DNA from: Lingula anatina
Taxonomy: Eukaryota > Animalia > Brachiopoda
Length of the DNA stretch: 64,000 nucleotides
Direction of reading: 5' to 3'
Assembly (NCBI GenBank): GCA_051362555.1
Contig: CM120644.1
Coordinates: 25,600,213 to 25,664,212 of the forward strand
Shown: piece after piece, positions 51,677 to 64,000 of the stretch
Layout of the letters: each line of letters opens with the position of its first letter
Position numbering within the stretch: the first letter of the stretch is position 1
Position numbers and translations under genes: made by a program
The notes under the pieces: model-generated
Seen by the model: the letters and a program-made list of their open reading frames with translations, nothing else
The model's database searches: none
What the model was told of the DNA's origin: nothing

Positions 51677-51701
51677 GGTTAGGGTTAGGGTTAGGGTTAG
51701 G
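51677..51701 (+). repeat. Short proximal telomeric tract (about 4 units)
   Basis: GGTTAGGGTTAGGGTTAGGGTTAGG. Confidence 0.95.
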
Positions 51702-54700
51702 CAAGGAGTTATAACAGAAGGAGATTACACGCAAGCCTCTCTATTGTCCGATGTCTGTTACGGTGGGCGGAGCTAGCTACGGGGGGCCTCCTGTCTCAAG
51801 GTTTCGTCTGGGTCGCTCTCCTCCGCTCGGAGATTGATTTTATATGCGTTATTTCGCGTTAGAATTCGAAATCAGTAGTGTCAAAGCGGCGCTGTATGCT
51901 GACGATTTTTTTCACAGGTAGTTATTTGGACGATGTGCTGGGAGGGAACGATATCATAGAAAGCGATTTTAAGGTGGTGACTGAGGATGGTCGCCATGAG
52001 TTTTTTTGAGTCGGTGATAGATGGCTTTTCTTTTGCACAACACAGTGAAAAATCACCAAGGATAAGTCAAAAGAAAACGTCCCAACTGTGGTTTGTGAAA
52101 ATGACGTTTAAGTGAACGTCTGTCCTCACTGCCAAAGAACATAATATTAATACATAAACGTTTGGACCCTCCTGCCCTTGGGTCCCATAAACATATACAT
52201 TGAGACAGTGCCTAAGCTTTGTGACTGCATGGTTTTAAACTTCTTTAAGTAGTAAATACTCGTTATAAATTTCTTTATCTTGGAAATCTCCCTTTTTTTT
52301 AGGATTATTTTGACACATACTAACACTTCATATTTGTCGGTAAACAAGTACACAGTGCTAAACATTAAGAATATTCATTCATAAATATATTTATGTACAA
52401 AATATATCAGAAATTTTAGTATTAACTGAGCTTTTTAAAGTGAAACAAATAAAGATGAGAATTTTTAATTTCAAACTATTATTTACTATATTAACTTAAA
52501 ATATCTTTTAAGTCAACTCTATACTCAAGCATCATGACAGTAGCATCTGTGAGTAAAACCATTTTATTATATCAATAGAAGAACAAAAACAAAATTTTAC
52601 ACATAAGCAGTAATTAATGAAGTCATAAGAATGATTAAGTTGCTATAGTTTTCCAGTTTTATGCAGTCTATGTTGGCATTTTTTTCAACCGTGCAAATAG
52701 AAATAATTATATTCTTTTTTATCTGACTTGCTGATACCAGTCTGTGCCAGATACTATTCCACTCACAGGCCAGCAAGGTCTGAGAATCTAATGGGCTGGA
52801 TGAAAAAAAACCCTAGAAGTTAAAGTGGCTAATTCTTACAAATAGGATAAAAAACATGGGATTTTCAAAAGGTAATTATAAGTAAAGACAGCACTTAGTA
52901 AGAACATTTATAAAATGAACTGGAGTACATGTTACAGCTGAAAAAATTAACTGCTTTGAAGAAATTTCACTGAAACAGTCCAAATTTTACTTGCAATCAA
53001 GTAGACTGTTATACCATGGCACTCAACAAATTATATATAGGTTTTGAATTTTTTTCCACGTGACAGTAACATAAAATTTATGTCAACTTTTGAAATGTAT
53101 AGAATCAGTTAGGTGACTGAAAATATTTTAAAATGTCATGAAGGAGCACTATTAATTTAATGCAATCTCTGTTGGCCAATCTTATCCAGTTTCTTCTCCA
53201 AAAAGGACAACTCAAGTGAGAATTTCTTCAGGACCTTTTCTTCTGCCTGCCAATGCCATGCCACTCAGAAAAGAGAGAAACCTGTAGGTTAGAAAAAAAC
53301 AAACATCATAATAGCATTATGAACTACTAGTATCCATGTAGACATTATGGAATTACGCAGTGAAGTTTAATGTATCTTGTTATGACTTGACTGAAATAAT
53401 GTTCACCACATAAATGAACAATTTACAACTAAATTTATACAGAATATCAAGATTCATGATCACAAGCTAATAACTCCAAGAAATTGAAAGAAATTGTACT
53501 TATTACAAGAAATTATTTAAATCCGCCCTGGTTCCTACTCTTCTGACAGGACAAAAAGGGGATTTCAGAGAGGCCGGTTGCTAAAAGGAAAATGCCCAAG
53601 GTTGTTGTATTTTGAAAAAAATTAAAAAAAGGGTACTGTTGTTAGTGAATGTTTAATGCATCGTAGGCATTATGAGAAAAGTAACTTACCCCAGACACGC
53701 TGACTTCCTTTTTTCATTGACATTTTTTAATTTTTTCCAGCCTGACCATAATTCATACATTCAATGTAGCCTTCTCCCATATCTATAATAGAAGGGAAAA
53801 AAAACTTGAGCAGTGTAAAGATAAGCATGTAAAATTCATTATCAATTTTGAGAGAATTTCTGTTTCAACACTGCAAGATGAAATATTTACTTTCAAGTAA
53901 TGAATAAACCTTAATAGAGTTCTATTCTTTTGTAACCACCAAGGCAAAGCTTCTTTCTTAAAATGAACTGAAACATCCAAGCTTGCCACCTAACATGCCA
54001 AAGTAGTGAAGTATAATTAAAGTAGAGAAGCAAGTATCCTTAATTATAGAGGTGTCTTACACAATAAGGTGTGTCTTACACACCTTGACCCAAAGGGAGA
54101 TATGTAGTGAGATAACAGGTAGAGTAATTGGTGGAGCCTAGGTGAACTTAAAACCTTAAGACTTTAAATTAAGACAGCACCAGGATTCATGTGTGTTCTT
54201 TTTTCAAAGGTTTAATATGAATTAAAACATATATATGTAAAAGGAAGACTAAATAAGTTTAAAATAACTATACCAAAGATACTGGACCGCCATGATGGAA
54301 AATGCTGGGTGGAGGCAAAACTTTTCCAGTCAAAATAACTGAGCACCTTACTTTAACAACAAAGTTACCACTCCAAAGCCACCCATCATGGTGAGAAGAA
54401 AAATGATGACCAACTGTCATGATAAGTCTTTTTAGTTTTAAACACGAAAAAGGTAAAGGCCAAAATGGTACATTTACCCATAACACTAGAGTAAAAAATT
54501 GGCATTCTGAACAAATCAGGTTATTTTTTTTCAAGAAATATTGGAGCAATACCCATGCAATATATACCACGCCACGACCAAGATGTTCAAGAATCTAAAC
54601 ACACCAATTTTTTTTATAATCTTGCATTTGAAAAGTACAAAAAGCGGTAAGGCTTTTGGCCGTAACAAGCGTAACACTTTTTGATCGGAACTCATGAAAA

Positions 54701-55458
54701 TTGTCAATTGTCGTATCCAAGCTAGACCACAAGTAAAATCGCAAAAAAAAAAAAACAATACTGCTCAAGCAAGTCTGTTGCACACATAACAATTAGTTAA
54801 ATTTTATGACTGTCATGTGACACAAGTTTCAAAAACTAGGAGGAAAATGTCTTTTGGAGTAATTTTTTTTCGAAATATTAACAAGATGGCGGCTTAAGCA
54901 TCTGCTTGTTATTCGGCTACTGAAAGTGCACCTAAGTTTTATTCTTTGCTATTGCCACAAATTACTTAACAATTGCAACTGTATAAAGACCAAACTTTCT
55001 TCATCTGATACTATATTTATAGGCACTTGTTATGAGTGGGAAATATTTTTCGTGCAATACTTATTCTCCACACACCACCTCGCGAGATCAACGTGTAGCT
55101 GGACACTTACACGGTGAGACCCTATGACATAAAAGTTGCAATTTATCTTCATATTTCGTGTAGTTATGCATTTAAAAGCACTTACCTGTTTTTTGAAAAA
55201 CTTGTCCAACGTAATATCATATAAATTCTGTATTTCTCTCATTTTTTAGAAACTTGGGACTCCGTTTCTGTGTCTGTCCTCAAAAATCAACAGACGAAGG
55301 CACAGATACTTACAAACGAGATTTAAACGAGAGTAGCAATTAAGCGTAACAGAGATAGGCATCTATTGTTCTCTGGGTTCTATTCATTCCAACCAATGAG
55401 AGACCGTAATACGGGCTCCGCCCCCACGCGTGTAATCTCCTTCTGTTATAACTCCTTG
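51702..55458. mobile_element. 3.76-kb TIR element (putative non-autonomous DNA transposon, possibly P-superfamily) inside the telomeric repeats
   Basis: Perfect 31-bp TIRs: CAAGGAGTTATAACAGAAGGAGATTACACGC (51702-51732) and its reverse complement (55428-55458); GGTTAGG directly on both sides; no long ORF. Confidence 0.85.
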
Positions 55459-58400
55459 GGTTAGGTTAGGGTTAGGGTTAGGGTTAGGGTTAGGGGTTAG
55501 GGTAAGGGTAAGGGTTAGTTAGGGTTAGGGTTAGGGTTAGTTAGGGTTTGGGTTAGGGTTAGGGTTAGGGTTAGGGTTAGGGTTAGGGGTTAGGGTTAGG
55601 GTTAGGGTTAGGGTTAGGGTTAGGGTTAGGGTTAGGGTTAGGGTTAGGGTTAGGGTTAGGGTTAGGGTTAGGGTTAGGGTTAGGGTTAGGGTTAGGGTTA
55701 GGGTTAGGGTTAGGGTTAGGGTTAGGGTTAGGGTTAGGGTTAGGGTTAGGGTTAGGGTTAGGGTTAGGGTTAGGGTTAGGGTTAGGGTTAGGGTTAGGGT
55801 TAGGGTTAGGGTTAGGGTTAGGGTTAGGGTTAGGGTTAGGGTTAGGGTTAGGGTTAGGGTTAGGGTTAGGGTTAGGGTTAGGGTTAGGGTTAGGGTTAGG
55901 GTTAGGGTTAGGGTTAGGGTTAGGGTTAGGGTTAGGGTTAGGGTTAGGGTTAGGGTTAGGGTTAGGGTTAGGGTTAGGGTTAGGGTTAGGGTTAGGGTTA
56001 GGGTTAGGGTTAGGGTTAGGGTTAGGGTTAGGGTTAGGGTTAGGGTTAGGGTTAGGGTTAGGGTTAGGGTTAGGGTTAGGGTTAGGGTTAGGGTTAGGGT
56101 TAGGGTTAGGGTTAGGGTTAGGGTTAGGGTTAGGGTTAGGGTTAGGGTTAGGGTTAGGGTTAGGGTTAGGGTTAGGGTTAGGGTTAGGGTTAGGGTTAGG
56201 GTTAGGGTTAGGGTTAGGGTTAGGGTTAGGGTTAGGGTTAGGGTTAGGGTTAGGGTTAGGGTTAGGGTTAGGGTTAGGGTTAGGGTTAGGGTTAGGGTTA
56301 GGGTTAGGGTTAGGGTTAGGGTTAGGGTTAGGGTTAGGGTTAGGGTTAGGGTTAGGGTTAGGGTTAGGGTTAGGGTTAGGGTTAGGGTTAGGGTTAGGGT
56401 TAGGGTTAGGGTTAGGGTTAGGGTTAGGGTTAGGGTTAGGGTTAGGGTTAGGGTTAGGGTTAGGGTTAGGGTTAGGGTTAGGGTTAGGGTTAGGGTTAGG
56501 GTTAGGGTTAGGGTTAGGGTTAGGGTTAGGGTTAGGGTTAGGGTTAGGGTTAGGGTTAGGGTTAGGGTTAGGGTTAGGGTTAGGGTTAGGGTTAGGGTTA
56601 GGGTTAGGGTTAGGGTTAGGGTTAGGGTTAGGGTTAGGGTTAGGGTTAGGGTTAGGGTTAGGGTTAGGGTTAGGGTTAGGGTTAGGGTTAGGGTTAGGGT
56701 TAGGGTTAGGGTTAGGGTTAGGGTTAGGGTTAGGGTTAGGGTTAGGGTTAGGGTTAGGGTTAGGGTTAGGGTTAGGGTTAGGGTTAGGGTTAGGGTTAGG
56801 GTTAGGGTTAGGGTTAGGGTTAGGGTTAGGGTTAGGGTTAGGGTTAGGGTTAGGGTTAGGGTTAGGGTTAGGGTTAGGGTTAGGGTTAGGGTTAGGGTTA
56901 GGGTTAGGGTTAGGGTTAGGGTTAGGGTTAGGGTTAGGGTTAGGGTTAGGGTTAGGGTTAGGGTTAGGGTTAGGGTTAGGGTTAGGGTTAGGGTTAGGGT
57001 TAGGGTTAGGGTTAGGGTTAGGGTTAGGGTTAGGGTTAGGGTTAGGGTTAGGGTTAGGGTTAGGGTTAGGGTTAGGGTTAGGGTTAGGGTTAGGGTTAGG
57101 GTTAGGGTTAGGGTTAGGGTTAGGGTTAGGGTTAGGGTTAGGGTTAGGGTTAGGGTTAGGGTTAGGGTTAGGGTTAGGGTTAGGGTTAGGGTTAGGGTTA
57201 GGGTTAGGGTTAGGGTTAGGGTTAGGGTTAGGGTTAGGGTTAGGGTTAGGGTTAGGGTTAGGGTTAGGGTTAGGGTTAGGGTTAGGGTTAGGGTTAGGGT
57301 TAGGGTTAGGGTTAGGGTTAGGGTTAGGGTTAGGGTTAGGGTTAGGGTTAGGGTTAGGGTTAGGGTTAGGGTTAGGGTTAGGGTTAGGGTTAGGGTTAGG
57401 GTTAGGGTTAGGGTTAGGGTTAGGGTTAGGGTTAGGGTTAGGGTTAGGGTTAGGGTTAGGGTTAGGGTTAGGGTTAGGGTTAGGGTTAGGGTTAGGGTTA
57501 GGGTTAGGGTTAGGGTTAGGGTTAGGGTTAGGGTTAGGGTTAGGGTTAGGGTTAGGGTTAGGGTTAGGGTTAGGGTTAGGGTTAGGGTTAGGGTTAGGGT
57601 TAGGGTTAGGGTTAGGGTTAGGGTTAGGGTTAGGGTTAGGGTTAGGGTTAGGGTTAGGGTTAGGGTTAGGGTTAGGGTTAGGGTTAGGGTTAGGGTTAGG
57701 GTTAGGGTTAGGGTTAGGGTTAGGGTTAGGGTTAGGGTTAGGGTTAGGGTTAGGGTTAGGGTTAGGGTTAGGGTTAGGGTTAGGGTTAGGGTTAGGGTTA
57801 GGGTTAGGGTTAGGGTTAGGGTTAGGGTTAGGGTTAGGGTTAGGGTTAGGGTTAGGGTTAGGGTTAGGGTTAGGGTTAGGGTTAGGGTTAGGGTTAGGGT
57901 TAGGGTTAGGGTTAGGGTTAGGGTTAGGGTTAGGGTTAGGGTTAGGGTTAGGGTTAGGGTTAGGGTTAGGGTTAGGGTTAGGGTTAGGGTTAGGGTTAGG
58001 GTTAGGGTTAGGGTTAGGGTTAGGGTTAGGGTTAGGGTTAGGGTTAGGGTTAGGGTTAGGGTTAGGGTTAGGGTTAGGGTTAGGGTTAGGGTTAGGGTTA
58101 GGGTTAGGGTTAGGGTTAGGGTTAGGGTTAGGGTTAGGGTTAGGGTTAGGGTTAGGGTTAGGGTTAGGGTTAGGGTTAGGGTTAGGGTTAGGGTTAGGGT
58201 TAGGGTTAGGGTTAGGGTTAGGGTTAGGGTTAGGGTTAGGGTTAGGGTTAGGGTTAGGGTTAGGGTTAGGGTTAGGGTTAGGGTTAGGGTTAGGGTTAGG
58301 GTTAGGGTTAGGGTTAGGGTTAGGGTTAGGGTTAGGGTTAGGGTTAGGGTTAGGGTTAGGGTTAGGGTTAGGGTTAGGGTTAGGGTTAGGGTTAGGGTTA

Positions 58401-61400
58401 GGGTTAGGGTTAGGGTTAGGGTTAGGGTTAGGGTTAGGGTTAGGGTTAGGGTTAGGGTTAGGGTTAGGGTTAGGGTTAGGGTTAGGGTTAGGGTTAGGGT
58501 TAGGGTTAGGGTTAGGGTTAGGGTTAGGGTTAGGGTTAGGGTTAGGGTTAGGGTTAGGGTTAGGGTTAGGGTTAGGGTTAGGGTTAGGGTTAGGGTTAGG
58601 GTTAGGGTTAGGGTTAGGGTTAGGGTTAGGGTTAGGGTTAGGGTTAGGGTTAGGGTTAGGGTTAGGGTTAGGGTTAGGGTTAGGGTTAGGGTTAGGGTTA
58701 GGGTTAGGGTTAGGGTTAGGGTTAGGGTTAGGGTTAGGGTTAGGGTTAGGGTTAGGGTTAGGGTTAGGGTTAGGGTTAGGGTTAGGGTTAGGGTTAGGGT
58801 TAGGGTTAGGGTTAGGGTTAGGGTTAGGGTTAGGGTTAGGGTTAGGGTTAGGGTTAGGGTTAGGGTTAGGGTTAGGGTTAGGGTTAGGGTTAGGGTTAGG
58901 GTTAGGGTTAGGGTTAGGGTTAGGGTTAGGGTTAGGGTTAGGGTTAGGGTTAGGGTTAGGGTTAGGGTTAGGGTTAGGGTTAGGGTTAGGGTTAGGGTTA
59001 GGGTTAGGGTTAGGGTTAGGGTTAGGGTTAGGGTTAGGGTTAGGGTTAGGGTTAGGGTTAGGGTTAGGGTTAGGGTTAGGGTTAGGGTTAGGGTTAGGGT
59101 TAGGGTTAGGGTTAGGGTTAGGGTTAGGGTTAGGGTTAGGGTTAGGGTTAGGGTTAGGGTTAGGGTTAGGGTTAGGGTTAGGGTTAGGGTTAGGGTTAGG
59201 GTTAGGGTTAGGGTTAGGGTTAGGGTTAGGGTTAGGGTTAGGGTTAGGGTTAGGGTTAGGGTTAGGGTTAGGGTTAGGGTTAGGGTTAGGGTTAGGGTTA
59301 GGGTTAGGGTTAGGGTTAGGGTTAGGGTTAGGGTTAGGGTTAGGGTTAGGGTTAGGGTTAGGGTTAGGGTTAGGGTTAGGGTTAGGGTTAGGGTTAGGGT
59401 TAGGGTTAGGGTTAGGGTTAGGGTTAGGGTTAGGGTTAGGGTTAGGGTTAGGGTTAGGGTTAGGGTTAGGGTTAGGGTTAGGGTTAGGGTTAGGGTTAGG
59501 GTTAGGGTTAGGGTTAGGGTTAGGGTTAGGGTTAGGGTTAGGGTTAGGGTTAGGGTTAGGGTTAGGGTTAGGGTTAGGGTTAGGGTTAGGGTTAGGGTTA
59601 GGGTTAGGGTTAGGGTTAGGGTTAGGGTTAGGGTTAGGGTTAGGGTTAGGGTTAGGGTTAGGGTTAGGGTTAGGGTTAGGGTTAGGGTTAGGGTTAGGGT
59701 TAGGGTTAGGGTTAGGGTTAGGGTTAGGGTTAGGGTTAGGGTTAGGGTTAGGGTTAGGGTTAGGGTTAGGGTTAGGGTTAGGGTTAGGGTTAGGGTTAGG
59801 GTTAGGGTTAGGGTTAGGGTTAGGGTTAGGGTTAGGGTTAGGGTTAGGGTTAGGGTTAGGGTTAGGGTTAGGGTTAGGGTTAGGGTTAGGGTTAGGGTTA
59901 GGGTTAGGGTTAGGGTTAGGGTTAGGGTTAGGGTTAGGGTTAGGGTTAGGGTTAGGGTTAGGGTTAGGGTTAGGGTTAGGGTTAGGGTTAGGGTTAGGGT
60001 TAGGGTTAGGGTTAGGGTTAGGGTTAGGGTTAGGGTTAGGGTTAGGGTTAGGGTTAGGGTTAGGGTTAGGGTTAGGGTTAGGGTTAGGGTTAGGGTTAGG
60101 GTTAGGGTTAGGGTTAGGGTTAGGGTTAGGGTTAGGGTTAGGGTTAGGGTTAGGGTTAGGGTTAGGGTTAGGGTTAGGGTTAGGGTTAGGGTTAGGGTTA
60201 GGGTTAGGGTTAGGGTTAGGGTTAGGGTTAGGGTTAGGGTTAGGGTTAGGGTTAGGGTTAGGGTTAGGGTTAGGGTTAGGGTTAGGGTTAGGGTTAGGGT
60301 TAGGGTTAGGGTTAGGGTTAGGGTTAGGGTTAGGGTTAGGGTTAGGGTTAGGGTTAGGGTTAGGGTTAGGGTTAGGGTTAGGGTTAGGGTTAGGGTTAGG
60401 GTTAGGGTTAGGGTTAGGGTTAGGGTTAGGGTTAGGGTTAGGGTTAGGGTTAGGGTTAGGGTTAGGGTTAGGGTTAGGGTTAGGGTTAGGGTTAGGGTTA
60501 GGGTTAGGGTTAGGGTTAGGGTTAGGGTTAGGGTTAGGGTTAGGGTTAGGGTTAGGGTTAGGGTTAGGGTTAGGGTTAGGGTTAGGGTTAGGGTTAGGGT
60601 TAGGGTTAGGGTTAGGGTTAGGGTTAGGGTTAGGGTTAGGGTTAGGGTTAGGGTTAGGGTTAGGGTTAGGGTTAGGGTTAGGGTTAGGGTTAGGGTTAGG
60701 GTTAGGGTTAGGGTTAGGGTTAGGGTTAGGGTTAGGGTTAGGGTTAGGGTTAGGGTTAGGGTTAGGGTTAGGGTTAGGGTTAGGGTTAGGGTTAGGGTTA
60801 GGGTTAGGGTTAGGGTTAGGGTTAGGGTTAGGGTTAGGGTTAGGGTTAGGGTTAGGGTTAGGGTTAGGGTTAGGGTTAGGGTTAGGGTTAGGGTTAGGGT
60901 TAGGGTTAGGGTTAGGGTTAGGGTTAGGGTTAGGGTTAGGGTTAGGGTTAGGGTTAGGGTTAGGGTTAGGGTTAGGGTTAGGGTTAGGGTTAGGGTTAGG
61001 GTTAGGGTTAGGGTTAGGGTTAGGGTTAGGGTTAGGGTTAGGGTTAGGGTTAGGGTTAGGGTTAGGGTTAGGGTTAGGGTTAGGGTTAGGGTTAGGGTTA
61101 GGGTTAGGGTTAGGGTTAGGGTTAGGGTTAGGGTTAGGGTTAGGGTTAGGGTTAGGGTTAGGGTTAGGGTTAGGGTTAGGGTTAGGGTTAGGGTTAGGGT
61201 TAGGGTTAGGGTTAGGGTTAGGGTTAGGGTTAGGGTTAGGGTTAGGGTTAGGGTTAGGGTTAGGGTTAGGGTTAGGGTTAGGGTTAGGGTTAGGGTTAGG
61301 GTTAGGGTTAGGGTTAGGGTTAGGGTTAGGGTTAGGGTTAGGGTTAGGGTTAGGGTTAGGGTTAGGGTTAGGGTTAGGGTTAGGGTTAGGGTTAGGGTTA

Positions 61401-64000
61401 GGGTTAGGGTTAGGGTTAGGGTTAGGGTTAGGGTTAGGGTTAGGGTTAGGGTTAGGGTTAGGGTTAGGGTTAGGGTTAGGGTTAGGGTTAGGGTTAGGGT
61501 TAGGGTTAGGGTTAGGGTTAGGGTTAGGGTTAGGGTTAGGGTTAGGGTTAGGGTTAGGGTTAGGGTTAGGGTTAGGGTTAGGGTTAGGGTTAGGGTTAGG
61601 GTTAGGGTTAGGGTTAGGGTTAGGGTTAGGGTTAGGGTTAGGGTTAGGGTTAGGGTTAGGGTTAGGGTTAGGGTTAGGGTTAGGGTTAGGGTTAGGGTTA
61701 GGGTTAGGGTTAGGGTTAGGGTTAGGGTTAGGGTTAGGGTTAGGGTTAGGGTTAGGGTTAGGGTTAGGGTTAGGGTTAGGGTTAGGGTTAGGGTTAGGGT
61801 TAGGGTTAGGGTTAGGGTTAGGGTTAGGGTTAGGGTTAGGGTTAGGGTTAGGGTTAGGGTTAGGGTTAGGGTTAGGGTTAGGGTTAGGGTTAGGGTTAGG
61901 GTTAGGGTTAGGGTTAGGGTTAGGGTTAGGGTTAGGGTTAGGGTTAGGGTTAGGGTTAGGGTTAGGGTTAGGGTTAGGGTTAGGGTTAGGGTTAGGGTTA
62001 GGGTTAGGGTTAGGGTTAGGGTTAGGGTTAGGGTTAGGGTTAGGGTTAGGGTTAGGGTTAGGGTTAGGGTTAGGGTTAGGGTTAGGGTTAGGGTTAGGGT
62101 TAGGGTTAGGGTTAGGGTTAGGGTTAGGGTTAGGGTTAGGGTTAGGGTTAGGGTTAGGGTTAGGGTTAGGGTTAGGGTTAGGGTTAGGGTTAGGGTTAGG
62201 GTTAGGGTTAGGGTTAGGGTTAGGGTTAGGGTTAGGGTTAGGGTTAGGGTTAGGGTTAGGGTTAGGGTTAGGGTTAGGGTTAGGGTTAGGGTTAGGGTTA
62301 GGGTTAGGGTTAGGGTTAGGGTTAGGGTTAGGGTTAGGGTTAGGGTTAGGGTTAGGGTTAGGGTTAGGGTTAGGGTTAGGGTTAGGGTTAGGGTTAGGGT
62401 TAGGGTTAGGGTTAGGGTTAGGGTTAGGGTTAGGGTTAGGGTTAGGGTTAGGGTTAGGGTTAGGGTTAGGGTTAGGGTTAGGGTTAGGGTTAGGGTTAGG
62501 GTTAGGGTTAGGGTTAGGGTTAGGGTTAGGGTTAGGGTTAGGGTTAGGGTTAGGGTTAGGGTTAGGGTTAGGGTTAGGGTTAGGGTTAGGGTTAGGGTTA
62601 GGGTTAGGGTTAGGGTTAGGGTTAGGGTTAGGGTTAGGGTTAGGGTTAGGGTTAGGGTTAGGGTTAGGGTTAGGGTTAGGGTTAGGGTTAGGGTTAGGGT
62701 TAGGGTTAGGGTTAGGGTTAGGGTTAGGGTTAGGGTTAGGGTTAGGGTTAGGGTTAGGGTTAGGGTTAGGGTTAGGGTTAGGGTTAGGGTTAGGGTTAGG
62801 GTTAGGGTTAGGGTTAGGGTTAGGGTTAGGGTTAGGGTTAGGGTTAGGGTTAGGGTTAGGGTTAGGGTTAGGGTTAGGGTTAGGGTTAGGGTTAGGGTTA
62901 GGGTTAGGGTTAGGGTTAGGGTTAGGGTTAGGGTTAGGGTTAGGGTTAGGGTTAGGGTTAGGGTTAGGGTTAGGGTTAGGGTTAGGGTTAGGGTTAGGGT
63001 TAGGGTTAGGGTTAGGGTTAGGGTTAGGGTTAGGGTTAGGGTTAGGGTTAGGGTTAGGGTTAGGGTTAGGGTTAGGGTTAGGGTTAGGGTTAGGGTTAGG
63101 GTTAGGGTTAGGGTTAGGGTTAGGGTTAGGGTTAGGGTTAGGGTTAGGGTTAGGGTTAGGGTTAGGGTTAGGGTTAGGGTTAGGGTTAGGGTTAGGGTTA
63201 GGGTTAGGGTTAGGGTTAGGGTTAGGGTTAGGGTTAGGGTTAGGGTTAGGGTTAGGGTTAGGGTTAGGGTTAGGGTTAGGGTTAGGGTTAGGGTTAGGGT
63301 TAGGGTTAGGGTTAGGGTTAGGGTTAGGGTTAGGGTTAGGGTTAGGGTTAGGGTTAGGGTTAGGGTTAGGGTTAGGGTTAGGGTTAGGGTTAGGGTTAGG
63401 GTTAGGGTTAGGGTTAGGGTTAGGGTTAGGGTTAGGGTTAGGGTTAGGGTTAGGGTTAGGGTTAGGGTTAGGGTTAGGGTTAGGGTTAGGGTTAGGGTTA
63501 GGGTTAGGGTTAGGGTTAGGGTTAGGGTTAGGGTTAGGGTTAGGGTTAGGGTTAGGGTTAGGGTTAGGGTTAGGGTTAGGGTTAGGGTTAGGGTTAGGGT
63601 TAGGGTTAGGGTTAGGGTTAGGGTTAGGGTTAGGGTTAGGGTTAGGGTTAGGGTTAGGGTTAGGGTTAGGGTTAGGGTTAGGGTTAGGGTTAGGGTTAGG
63701 GTTAGGGTTAGGGTTAGGGTTAGGGTTAGGGTTAGGGTTAGGGTTAGGGTTAGGGTTAGGGTTAGGGTTAGGGTTAGGGTTAGGGTTAGGGTTAGGGTTA
63801 GGGTTAGGGTTAGGGTTAGGGTTAGGGTTAGGGTTAGGGTTAGGGTTAGGGTTAGGGTTAGGGTTAGGGTTAGGGTTAGGGTTAGGGTTAGGGTTAGGGT
63901 TAGGGTTAGGGTTAGGGTTAGGGTTAGGGTTAGGGTTAGGGTTAGGGTTAGGGTTAGGGTTAGGGTTAGGGGTTAGGGTTAGGGTTAGGGTTAGGGTTAG
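55459..64000 (+). repeat. Telomere (TTAGGG)n, about 8.5 kb, G-strand running towards the sequence end
   Basis: Pure TTAGGG apart from variants (TTAGG, TAAGGG, TTTGGG, TTAGGGG) in the first 130 bp or so and the last 40 bp. Confidence 0.99.

Overview
This is the right-hand end of an animal chromosome. The (TTAGGG)n telomere, GT-AG introns, Gypsy/Tc1/Helentron-type repeats and gene content suggest a marine invertebrate such as a mollusc (inference only). From left to right it contains: (1) a complete 12-coding-exon CPVL-like serine carboxypeptidase gene (+, 2400-21456, about 480 aa). Five of its 11 introns carry tandem arrays whose unit is a copy of the adjacent splice junction, and four of those arrays reiterate an AG|GT junction. 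(2) A repeat/MITE-rich spacer. (3) A signal-peptide plus vWA-domain gene with a Tc1 element inside it. (4) A divergent two-exon Shaw/Kv3-like potassium channel (-) with a modified S6 gate. (5) An old minus-strand Gypsy element carrying nested DNA transposons and a young intact Gypsy retrotransposon. (6) The old element's 5' LTR is cut off by an 18-bp hairpin and four telomeric repeats. (7) A 3.76-kb element with perfect 31-bp terminal inverted repeats lying inside the telomeric tract. (8) About 8.5 kb of TTAGGG. All coordinates were read by eye and copy numbers are approximate.
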